DNA of 64,000 bases, from contig CM114271.1 of the NCBI GenBank assembly GCA_050084515.1, positions 26,660,001-26,724,000 of the forward strand. The letters run 5' to 3'. Below the pieces are notes generated by a model. The model did not search any database. It saw only the letters and a list, made by a program, of their open reading frames with translations, and was not told where the DNA came from. The stretch comes from Blasia pusilla (taxonomy: Eukaryota). The stretch's first letter is position 1. Every line of letters starts with the position of its first letter. The translations under genes and the position numbers were made by a program. Shown in pieces: positions 1 to 11,409 of the stretch.

Positions 1-1014
1 GAAAGGATAAAGGAGGGTTGGGTTTAAGAAGGAGGTGCTAAGGTATGAATAAAATTAAGGGTTTAGATCAGGGTTTTAAGAAGGAGGCGCCAAGGGGATT
101 ACGAGTTGGCTTGGAAATTGATTGAGTGTTTGATGGTTCTCCTTGTTTGAGGTCATGATGGCTGTATCCAAGATGTTATTGGGATGAATAAGGCACAATT
201 AGAAAGCTTGTGGAAAGAAAATTCCAACGCACTAAAAATGCAGACAATTGCTCGAGCATAGATCTAGACATCATCCCCAAGCTATCAGAATGATAGTTGG
301 GTTGAAGGCCACACGGAGCGGCCCAATAATATTTTCCTAGAGGTAGGGAGGGGTGGGGATACTAAGAACTATATATAAGGGGGAGGGTCTCCAAGGGTGT
401 TTGGAAACCTGAATCCCATCTCGGGGAACCATTGGGAGAAATCAAGGGCATGAAGTGGATCAAGAGATTAGCTCCAAGGTTTGGACACCAAGCCGAGTCC
501 AAGTGAGCTTGTTATGGACACCAACCTTGATATGTGACTCAAAGATTGAGTCCTAATTAGAGACTTTTTTAGTTTCATTAGGAAATTGGGACTGCCACAC
601 GCAGTAGCGCCGTTTTAGGTTTCTAGACTATCAAGAAAATATGTCTCAAGTCTTGAAGAAGATTTTTTTGTTGGGAAGTGAGGGTTAGGTTGAGCTTGAA
701 GGATGACCCTAGACCGAGACTTGGGAGATATAATGGTGGTTGATCCAAACCATGGCTAATATGAGTGTGTTTTGGTGCAGATCTAAAAGGAGAGTGTGAC
801 CTACTGAAAGCAAGTTTCCACAACATATAAGATCGGCGTTCAGGGGATTGGAGTAGGTACACGATAATAGATGGAATCATGATTAGCTTGTGGTGTAGTG
901 GTATAAAGAGTTTGGAGTTAGGGAAAAATAAATTACTTGTAGGGGTTTGCATATGGCTTAATGTTTTTTAGATGATGGAGAAGGAAAGAAAATTGACTCT
1001 TTGTTTTGTTATCT

Positions 1015-1241
1015 TACTTAGGTTGATTTTAGATTGCGGGTATTTGATATTGAACATCCACTTCTTCTTTTGTACCATGACTTTGAATGACTTCCTTGAA
1101 TGAAGAGAAGCCCAACAAATTTGTAATTTATCTAACTTAGGTTGATTTTAGATGATGGATGTTTGATATTTAACATCCACTTCTTATTTTGCACCATTGC
1201 TTTGAATGATTGCCTTGAATGAAGAGAAGCCTACAAATTTT
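1015..1241. repeat. Two imperfect tandem copies of a ~120-bp unit
   Basis: ACTTAGGTTGATTTTAGAT...AACATCCACTTCTT...CCTTGAATGAAGAGAAGCC occurs at ~1016 and again at ~1136. Confidence 0.85.
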
Positions 1242-1989
1242 TAATTAAAAAAATTATATGAATATAATTTAAGAAAATAGGGTAAATAATCCAATTCCTT
1301 AAGTATTAAAATTGTCGAGGATAGGTTGTGATAGGACATTGTCATATGTTGAGTTTTCTGTGTGTTCAATTTTCTCATACTCATAGACATCACTACACAT
1401 TCTACGTCATTATTCACATCTATACAACAAAAATATCGATCTTCCCTACACACATGTAGATCCTTACATATATTAAAATATACATACACATATATACCAA
1501 TACCACAAAATCGAAGTAAAAATGGCTCACATGGCCAACTTGACTCTCAAATCTACATGTAGTCTTCAAGCCAGATCCATCCTCCGTGATGAGGGAATAT
1601 GGACTCTTACACTTAAGCTCCTACCAAGGTTCAAACAAAAATTTAAACACAAAGTTTTGAAAAGGGAAATTTTTGAGATTTTTAAATAAAGTCAAAAAAT
1701 CTTGGCATCAATTTTTTTTCTCAAGCGCAAGGGTATCAGCGCCCGTAGTAAGCAATGTGGAGGGAGCCCACGCACCCGACACTATTTTATAGTGATGCAT
1801 AAGGCACTACGCGTTGTATCATGGTGTAAGATGAGGTCAAGTGTCGCAACATGATATCGGGTGAAGTGACAAGTGACGCATCTGGGCATCAAATGAGGCT
1901 TTGGGTTATGTTTAGGGCGCCCTACGAGCTTGTTAAAAGTTACAAGGCGCAAAATGTATTATCAAGCATGTTTAAGAGAGCCCAAAAAA

Positions 1990-2930
1990 CCATATCCTCA
2001 TCACTCTCACCATACAAATAAGCTCCAACTACATCTCGCTGACTTAGACATGGGTTCTGACTCAAACCATATGCATCTTGGTTGAGCCTCCTAGGTTGGT
2101 TTACCACTTAAAAATAATACTACTACAATAATAAATGTCACATAGCAAGCTTTCCCATAAGGTTTTTTAACTCCATCAACCATTTTAATGGTTGATCATT
2201 AGTGAAGAGGGTGAAAGGATTGTCGAATAAATAGCACTTGAATGGGTGATGACCCATACGCCAACAAAGTACTCTCCCTTATATGAGATATACTTTGACT
2301 CTGCAATATTATTTGAGTGGCTAGCATAATCTACTATAAACTCTCTACCCTCACCATCATGTTGGGTGAGCATCGCTCCAAGATCCAACAAACTCCAATA
2401 AGTGTGTAGCTTATAAGGACACCCCCTAACAAGTCTCCTCAAAATAGGTGCAGACGTCAATCTATCCTCAAGCATCTGAAATTCTTTCTCTTGCCACTTA
2501 TGTTCCACCTTCATCACCAAGGTCAATGGCTTCGCAATCGTACTAAATCCCTTGACGTATTGTGAATACATGTTCGCCAATCTCATGATACACAAACTCA
2601 ACTTACATTTGTAGGACGTGGGATACATGATATAGCCTTTTACTTTGTCTGTTGTACACCAAGACCTCTAAGATATATTGTATGATCCAAGGAATCAATC
2701 TAGTCAAAAAGAACTTATACTTGTTTGGATGTAGCTTGAGCCCATGTAACTGCAATCATCATAACAAATTTGCAAAGTGTTCCTCATGCTCCCAAACTTT
2801 GGGGTTGAAGACTACAATATCATCGATGTAACATCTAGAAAAATCCAAACCAACCAAGATCCTATCCATGATCCTTTGAAATTCAATGGCACAACAATAC
2901 ATTCTCCAAAGTGTAGTTTGGAGAACGAGG
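1990..2930 (-). mobile_element. Decayed Ty3/gypsy pol fragment (RT-RNase H), copy 1
   Basis: Minus ORFs give EFQRIMDRILVGLDFSRCYIDDIVVF (RT YxDD) and FSTIAKPLT...LTSAPIL...GAMLTQ...YASHS (RT/RNase H linker). Frameshifted, with stops. Confidence 0.9.
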
Positions 2931-5900
2931 TTGGCGCTCTTGGAAATTTGATATGAAGAACATATTATCGATGTTATAACCATATGCTCTCTCCAACCTT
3001 GATGAACTCAACATCAAGGAAGTACTTGAATTCTCCCAAGTCCTTCATATCAAATTTTGCGTGTACCTTAAGCTTGACTTATTATACCATATCTTCATTA
3101 CACCCAAAATCAAGAGGTCATCAATATACAATATAATGATAACCGTATGATTTTTTCATCTGAAGACATATAGCGAGGAGTCAGAATCACATATCCTAAA
3201 GCCCAACTTTTATAGGACGTATGTAATATTACCAACTGCTTCAAGCTTGGATTGAAGATATAGAGGAAGAGCTTATTGCATTAAGACATCAACATACCTG
3301 GGGGATGGTTAATATACCTTCCGGTAAATTTTGTAAACCCATTTGCAACCAATATCTTCCTTACCGGAAGGTATATCAAACATCTCCCAAGTATGAGGAT
3401 ATGGTATAACAAGTCAATAAGCTCATATCAATAGCTACAATAAGCTCTTCATTTATAGCTTCAACTTGGTTCTTATTCTTGAAGGATAGTTATCGTATAT
3501 GCATGATGTCTTGCAAGGAATCCTTCATTTATGAATCTATGAACAACATGTGTGACTTTGCTTGATCTACGAACTTCACATTATTTAGAGGTGGATGTCT
3601 CTAACATCATACTTAAGCTCTGAGTAGTGTCAATAGACTAAATACACACTCTTTCCAATCATAGATTGACTGATTTAACTAAAGAATCTATGACTTCTAC
3701 TAATCTTGCACTAGTATTTGGAGAATTTGTAGGCAATATCTCTTGGTTTATAGTCATATTCTCTCCCTCAACAACGAGTTTAGAGATGGAATAGGCTCAG
3801 ATGGAGCATACCGTGATATTGTGACTAAGAATAAATTTCCCAGATGATGGAATGTAGCACTTATATCTTTAGTTCCATCAATAGAGCCAATAAAGATATA
3901 TCTTTCAAATTTGGGATCTAATTTTATGCGTCTTTCAAAAGGAACATGAGCATAACAAATATAGCCAAGTACTTTCAAGAAGGAGAAATCAAGTTTACTT
4001 TGTGTAAAGATCTCGAGTGGAGTCTTATCATGAACTCTTGCTTTTGGAGTTTGGTTGATTTAGAAGAATGTGCAGGCTACATCCTCTACCAAATACACCT
4101 TAATTAGGCATGTTCTTCTCATTCAACATAGCGCGTGCCACCTCAACAATATGTCGATTCTTCCTCTCAGCCATTCCATTTGTTTTGGAGTGTAACACAC
4201 AACCACTTGTCCTTGGATGTTATTATGAGGTAAGTAGTCATCAAACTTTGTTGAAAGGTACTCTCCTCATCCATCACAACACAATTTGATAATATATTTT
4301 CCAATATACTTCTCTACCGCAATTCTCAATCTTTGGAGTATTGAGAAAATCTCTAACTTTGATTTCATAAAGTATAGTCATATATACTTAGAGAAATCAT
4401 CAATAAATGAAAAAAAGTAATAGCAAGTACTCATGTTATGTTGTGATGTTATCCACACATCATTACGATGCTATCATAGTCCGATCATGCATTGTGTCGA
4501 TGAAACAACCATCTATGTTAAGCTTCATCTGATAATCTTGTTCTACTGTCTATCTTACAGAGAATTTTTTTTTTGCATTGGCAGGAACATAGAGAATATT
4601 TCAAGAGCACAAAGACCACCTAATGCTATTGGAACTTTACTAGTATGCTTGATTTGATGTTGATTATCATCTCCTGTGAGCACTATTGTAGGATCTTTCA
4701 CCGACTCAATACTACTAAACCATATAGCTTGTGAGATCGTATGATTTGATGCACCAAAGTTGATGTATCAATCTTATGTTGAGTCTTTCTTGACCATTTC
4801 TCCCATATGATGAGTCATGACCAAGAGATGCTTAGTTTGTAAATTTTTTTGTTCAGGATATTGCCCATGATGTTATTGCTTCATATAGTTTTGTTGTTGT
4901 AAGACGCTTGTCTCATATCTATCTTCTTCTTGAAATAAAAATTTGCATGGTAAACCTTTATCCCATAGTAATTGCAAGATATAGGGACCCTCTATTGTTG
5001 ACCTTGATCCCAACAGTTTGCATCATTACCACCTCGTGATTGTGTTTGGTATTGGTTTATAGTTGATTGAGTGAAGTTATGTTGAGTCTCTCTTCCTCCA
5101 TATGCATGACATCCACTATAACCAAGGAAGCTTCTACCACAACCTGTGCCTCTATTTAATCCATTACCTACAAATAGCGCACTCTCTTGAGTACTAGGCA
5201 AGCTACTACTGTGTACTAGGCACATCTTCACACTAATTAAAAGTGAGACTAACTCTTGAAAGGTTGGATACTTCTCTCTCACATAGATAAAGATCTCAAA
5301 AGACTTGTAATCTTTTGGAAGGCCTTGAAGAGTGAAAAAAATTATATCGTTATTTTCTATATTGACTCAAATGTTATTCAACTGATCAACAATATATCTG
5401 ATATTCAAAACATAATCATTAATGTTTTGCGATTATTGCCTCACTTCAATTTTTGTTTCAATTGAAGCTTTATGGCCTTTGTAGATTTCTGGAATAACTT
5501 GCTAATGCATTTTAGGCCTCCTTTAGAGTATCAACATTTTGAATGTGAACAATTATTGGCAACTCATCGTTATTGAAATGTAGTGGATTACTTGCCTTGC
5601 GCTCTTGTTCCAAGCGCGAACATTCAAGTCTGTTGAGTTACCTTATAGTTTGGCCTTAGCACCTCTAAGAAAAAATTTTCATGGGCCTACATCTATATGG
5701 TTGAATTGATTGGGAAAGCCCTTAAAAATGTCTTCAAAGTTTTATCACCGTCATAGCTCCACGTGAAATCTTATGCCACTGAGCTGTGATTGAAACTTCC
5801 TTCTCCCAAATTGGAATTGTGCCTTCTCTTGCTTCTCTTCTCTTCTCAAACACCCATAATTTCAATTGATGTTTTACTATCAACAGCTAAAGAAGTAAGT
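2930..5900 (-). mobile_element. Decayed Ty1/copia internal region (gag-PR-IN-RT), copy 1, abutting the gypsy fragment
   Basis: KVLGYICYAHVPFERRIKLDPK...IFIG (post-integrase motif, 3754-3978), NGMAERKNRHIVEVARAML-like at ~4120-4185, FDMKDLGEFKYFL at ~3020-3055, gag-like KYPTFQELVSLLI (4992-5282). Confidence 0.9.
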
Positions 5901-5909
5901 GATGGGATA

Positions 5910-6152
5910 TAATTTTCGCACTCACACGCCACCACGGAGAAGGAAATTTTACAATGAGAGAATGAGTGGAGGCTCATCCCTTTCTCAATCATATAAGGTA
6001 TGTCCAAGAAACCCTTAGCCTAATCCTAACCATAGTCTCGAGTTAAGATAATTAACTTAATTAACTAACCAAGATTAAGCATTCATACTTCGTGTGAATA
6101 CCAAATATAACAGTTCGGATGTCCGATGAGCTTGACTATAATTGAGTCTTCA
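5910..6152. repeat. LTR-like segment of the copia family; second copy at ~16905-17180
   Basis: AATGAGAGAATGAGTGG...TTCTCAAT...CAAGAAACCCT...GATTAAGC...GTGTGAATA is shared with 16950-17130. Boundaries approximate. Confidence 0.7.
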
Positions 6153-6656
6153 ATATCTCTAACTCAAGATAACACACATAACATCTACTACTCTCACCAA
6201 AGTGAGGCTTGTTATGCTACCCTATGCACACATACATGCAAGACGTGTGCTCATTTAACCATATGAATAATTAATAATCATATGTCTATTTGGTATTTCT
6301 TTTCGGAACTTCATATTTATGATTCATTTTTTAGGAACGGAGTAATAGCATTATATGGATTAAAAATTTTTAAAATCTAAAGATCATTATATATGGAAAA
6401 TATTTAAATAAATAGTAAATAATTATAATTATATTTTGGAATATCTAAACCATTCAAAATAAAAATCCATATTTGGTGGTTTGTGCAATTAAAAGCCAAA
6501 TAATAGATAGAAAAACATATAATTTCAAATCTTATGAAAATAAATACATGTTTCACCAAAAAGACAGTGTGAATTTCATTGAAATAATTATGGTAAATAT
6601 TTATTCTTTTTAAACTCATAGTTGCTTATTTTTTCCTTCAAATATGTAAAGGCTTA

Positions 6657-6790
6657 TTGTCGTGCGTCTACTCTCCTTGAATGTAAATCATTAATATTGC
6701 GGAAGCGTGCTTTCACTAGAACACGCTCTTAATCTTGATTTGCATCCAAACACGCGCTCACGTTAGTCTGGTCTGGGTCAATCAGCGTTC
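6657..6790 (+). repeat. LTR-like repeat with an inverted copy at ~21850-21968
   Basis: TTGTCGTGCGTCTACTC...GGAAGCGT...CATCCAAACAC matches the reverse complement of 21850-21968. Confidence 0.75.
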
Positions 6791-7386
6791 TAACTTTTCA
6801 AGTTCTCAACTCGGCCTCTAATCAAACTCAACTTTCCTAGTTTCGAGGTCTTACAACACAGGAAAGTCTTTGAAGACTTGGGACATACTTTTTGGCAAGT
6901 TTAGGAACCTCAAACGCCGTTTGAATAATTGGCAGTTCCAACTTTCCGAGCAACTTTCCAATGGACATCTAATGAGCCCCTAACCGTGAGTCACGAAAAT
7001 GAATCGCGGGTTGGAATCCAAGTGTGGCTTACGAAATCCACTCCCTTGGATAAGGTTTGGGTTTCAAGTTCCAACACCAAACTCCCGTTCCATCCCGTGC
7101 CCTTGAGACGCCAATTGGTGCTCAAAGTGGGGGTCGTGTTCCAAAAATCCTTGGAGACACTCCCCCTTACTAATACTTTATGGGATCCCCGCCCTCCCCT
7201 AACTTTAGGGTAAGATAGTCAGACCCCTCAAATTGGCCCTCAATCCAACTACTCTCACGATCGTTTTTGGCAAATATCTTAGCCTCTTCTTATGCGTTTT
7301 CTAAGATCTTTGGTGCGTTGGAATTGTCTCGGTGTAATATTTCTTATGCCATCTTATTTGTACCAAACGAATATTGGGACTTAACG

Positions 7387-7687
7387 TTATGGTCCGAAAT
7401 ACAGTCAAAATCCCCAAACGCTAGTCGTGTTCAAAAACTAGTTCTCGCCTCTTTGGCAACCAACCTTCCTAGACTCAACTCATCTAAAGTCTTGGTTCAC
7501 ATTTGGTCAAGGTTCCGTGGTTGCGATCACAAACGCATGAAACGCAAAACTCTATTATCTTGGACTTTTCCAAGAGATCTTTCCAAAAGCCTCTCCAAAT
7601 CGCGATCATCGTATCGTGAGTCCACGAGAGTTCTGATGTTCCTCTTGGCGCATGTTTGGTGTTTGTTTGGTTATGAGGGTTGCAACA
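7387..7687. repeat. ~300-bp LTR; second copy at ~21472-21761
   Basis: GTTATGGTCC...CCCCAAACGCTAGTC...ATGAGGGT(T/C)GCAACA in both copies. The 21.5-kb copy is followed by CTCACCCCCT, a polypurine tract on the minus strand. Confidence 0.75.
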
Positions 7688-8339
7688 CTCAAATGGATGG
7701 GAAAATTTATAAGTGATTTTCTTGAAAGAGCTGAAATAAAAAATCAGAAATCCATAATAAAAAATCAAAATATATAAGGAAGTCTGTTGAAAATAATACA
7801 CCAAAAATTATGGAAGATATAATTCATTCAGGTAGAAAAATAAATTGTACATTTTAAGAAAATAATGTTTCTAATGATTAGTAAATCTAGTATATCTCAA
7901 AAAATATTTAAATAAATTTTATTGATAAGAAATTGAAAGTGAGCTTTGTTGCATTGGTTTTGATGAATATTTATTTATTATTCTTATTTTCCTCAAATTC
8001 ATAATAATTATTTTTTGAAAATACAACAAATCCTTCATAAATGGACTATATATATGTAATTAAAATTTTGAAGGAAATAAAAATAAAGAATTACAATTTG
8101 AGCATAGAAAAAAATCTATATCTATGAAGATATCAAAGCAAATGAATCATTCATTGAATAGATTATGTGAGTATTCAAAGTAAAATTACCTCCCTACTAA
8201 AGTTCATACCATGTACGTTAAGATCATTTGACTTAAATCATGTTTCCCATATAATGTTGGATGAAATTCATACTCTTTCATGAAAGTCATAATTTGAGTC
8301 ACTTTGTACAATAGACTTCAATGGCGAGTTATAAAACGA

Positions 8340-9040
8340 TAATTTTGTTAGTATCATTGGCCTATTCTCTATCTCTAGGCTCTGAGGGTTGGTCGTTTGT
8401 TGGTTGTGGATAAGCCTCCTTCACATGTCTGCCCTTTAGCTATTGGAGATGTTTTATACCGCTTCATTATTCAATGTTTGTGCTTGCAATTTCGCACTCA
8501 TTTTAGTGCCCACTTATTTCTTCATCAATTTGGAATGGCAACCCCTATAGTTGTGAGGTTGTGGTGCATAAGATTCACTCCACTCTTGATATTCATCTAG
8601 AGTGGGTAGCAATTCAGTTTCTCGTGCGACCATCTTTGAGGAGTTACGTTGTCTAGAAGGACAACTTGCGAGTCTTATTCCAATGTTCCGCTCCTTCTAT
8701 GCCTATGATACGCCCATTCTCTATTCTCATCATGCTACTTCGAGGTAATATAGTATTCTCCAATCAGCGTATGGCATGCGTCAAGGTGATCCCATGGATG
8801 GCCTCCTCTTTGCCCTTGCAGATTTTCTTGCTCTTCAAGCATAAACCCAAGCATTTCCATCTTGTATTTTCCCTTCTATTGCTGATGATACTCACATTAT
8901 AGATCCTCCTTTTGAAGTGGTTCCTACTTATACCCATTTTATGGAACAACTGTCTTTCTTAAACTTTATAGTCTAACCTAGTAAATGTCGAGTATGGTCT
9001 CCTTCATGCCTTCCCTCAACATTCACCCCGCCTACTCTTG
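8340..9040 (+). mobile_element. Decayed non-LTR retrotransposon reverse transcriptase fragment (CRE-like motif style)
   Basis: Across frames: PLAIGDVLYR, HQFG, GMRQGDPMDGLLFAL and ADDTH, matching RT motifs PIAVG / QFG / QGDP / xDD. Frameshifted. Confidence 0.75.
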
Positions 9041-9054
9041 AATTTTCCATCTAT

Positions 9055-10280
9055 ATCCCTCATGTTTCACGTCCATCTAATGGTGGAAGCTTTGGGTGGA
9101 TGGGTAATACGAGTAAATTTCAAAGGAGACTTGGAACTTTACTCCTACATCACTCATCTTCCTCTTTCTTCGACATTTTTTGGCCCCCCTCTTCTTTCGC
9201 TGGCCCATAATTCATGAAAACTTTTTGGAACATGCATTTCCGCGTCACGCTCCCAACAGAAAAAGAAAATCTCCAAATGACTACCCATAGAAGAAATTAA
9301 AAATCAGACACCCTAAGTGAGGTTTTGGAATTTTAAAGGGAGGATGGAGAGTGATATCCAAGATCCATACCGTCCAAGGGCAAGAGGGCATTGCCAACCC
9401 CACATCCTTTGTGTTTCACTCCATCCAACGGTGGGAGCTCGGGGTACGTGGATAAGATGAGTATAATTTAAAGGAGACTTGAAACTTTACTCCTACATCA
9501 TTCATCTTCCTATTTCTTCGACATTTTTGGGCCCCCCTCTTCATCTGTTGGCCCATAAATCATGAAAACTTGTTGGAAATCTATGTCATAGAAAATCTCC
9601 AAATGACCACCCATAGAAGGAATTAAAAATCAAAAACCCTAAGTGAGGTTTCAGAATTTTAAAGTGAGGATGGAGAGTGATATCCAAGATCCAGACTGTC
9701 CAAAGGCAAGAGGGCATTGCCAACCGCACATCCCTCATGTTTCATATCCATCCAACAGGAGGAACTTCAAGTGCGTTGGTAAGAGAAGTAAAATTCAAAG
9801 GAAACTTGGAACTTTACTCCTACATCACTCCTCTTCTACTTTCTTTGACATTTGTTTGCCCCCCCTCCCTCCTCTTCTTCCGCTGGCCCATAAATCAGGA
9901 AACCTTGTTGCATGCTCTTTCGCGTTATAGAAAATCTCCAAATGACCACCCATAGAAGGAATTACAAATCAAAAACCCTAAGTGAGGTTTCCAAATTTTA
10001 AAGTGAGGATAGAGAATGATATCCAAGATCTACACCGTCCAAGGGCAAGAGGGCATTGCCAACCCCACATCCCTTGTGTTTCATGTCCATCCAACGGTGG
10101 GAGCTCTGGGTGCGTGGGTAAGACGAGTAAAATTCAAAGGAGACTTGGAACTTTACTCCTACATCACTCCTCTTCCTCTTTCTTCGACATTTTTTTACCC
10201 CCCTCTTCGTCCGCTGGCCCATAAATCATGAAACCTCGTCGGAACATGCACTTCTACGTCATGCTCCTGGTAGAAAAAAT
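9055..10280. repeat. Tandem array of ~3.6 copies of a ~340-bp unit
   Basis: ACTTTACTCCTACATCA at 9136, 9484, 9811, 10150 (spacings 348/327/339). GAAAATCTCCAAATGAC at 9265, 9591, 9930. Confidence 0.95.
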
Positions 10281-11084
10281 ATCTCTATGTTAACATGAAA
10301 ATGACACAACGACTTGGAAGAATGCTATTGAAAGTCCTCATGATCCTTCTTGGCCCCCCTTTTTCTCCCCTCTACCCTACCCAAGGGTCCAAAAATCATA
10401 AAATGTTTCCCAGAGGTGCACTTTGATGACACAAACACAAGGGAAAAGACAAAACTACAAATGACCACTCACCCTCTCCCCCTTCAACCTACATCATACT
10501 ACCTCGATGGCTCTCCTAGCCACATGGAACTCAACACCATGGTTGGATTGAAATAGATTTTGTCCGTCCATGGAGCAGACATGCCCAATGGGTCCACCAC
10601 CCAAGTCTTTTTGGTATCTCAATCGCCTGCGTGGGTTCGGGTTGCATGCTTGGACTAAGGGAGGCAAGTAGGGATCAAATAGGTGTCTGCATTAGAAGCC
10701 CTCGCCTGGTCCATATCAAACGTATATGTGGCCCGCATCAAGTCCACCTAGCATGCATTCAGCGGCCTGAGAGCTAGTACCTAGTCGATGGCTGCTCCGC
10801 ACGTCTGAAAATAGCAAAAAGTGGGGACTTGTGAGAAAAGCGATTGCAACGCAATAGAAATATTACCAGCTTCATCTGACATCTGAGGACAAAGTAACGC
10901 CCAAAGAACCTATTGACCCTCTATATCATGTACACGCTAGAGCTCTACCTATCGGCTAACTAAGATGTGACATCCTACATACTAAATATTATGCCATGAA
11001 CAACCTTCTTAACCAACCAATCGGATGAGTACCACTAATATGCAAATTCAAGACAAACGAGCAATCTTCTTGATCAGCGCGAGA

Positions 11085-11409
11085 CAAGGTTGCATACGGA
11101 CAAAGTCTGTGTCCGTGGATACGTCCATCTTTTAGAAGGATGTGTCCATGTGCACCCCATATCCCCCTTCTTTTTCATCCCCCCTCACTTATCTTCGTGA
11201 TCCGCACTTTCTTGTTTCTCCCTCCTCGAGCTTCCACCTTCATTCCCCCCTCCCTCCCCTCTTATTGCCCCGTCCGCCTTTTCCCTCCCTTCCACCATCA
11301 ACTATAAACTGTGGGCCCCATCTTTTGCAATCCATGTCGGAGGACATGTCCAAACTTGTTTGTCTGTGTCCGTCCTAGGGAGAGACTTGTCCGTTTTTGT
11401 GCATTCATG
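11085..11409. mobile_element. hAT-type MITE, copy A
   Basis: Ends CAAGGTTGCA...TGCATTCATG; 8-bp TSD GCGCGAGA/GCGTGAGA; internally homologous to 32721-33032. Confidence 0.85.

Noticed and set aside
6008-6032. Telomere-like AAACCCT/CCTAA repeats (also ~17007-17030)
   Set aside because: Only a few degenerate units inside the copia LTR; not an interstitial telomeric array.
9643-10231. Paralogous-looking ORFs (MRFQNFKV.../MRFPNFKV...)
   Set aside because: They are translations of the tandem repeat unit in overlapping frames, with GTG starts, and other units have stops.
9055-10280. CRISPR-like array
   Set aside because: Whole units repeat with no unique spacers; eukaryotic context and no cas genes.
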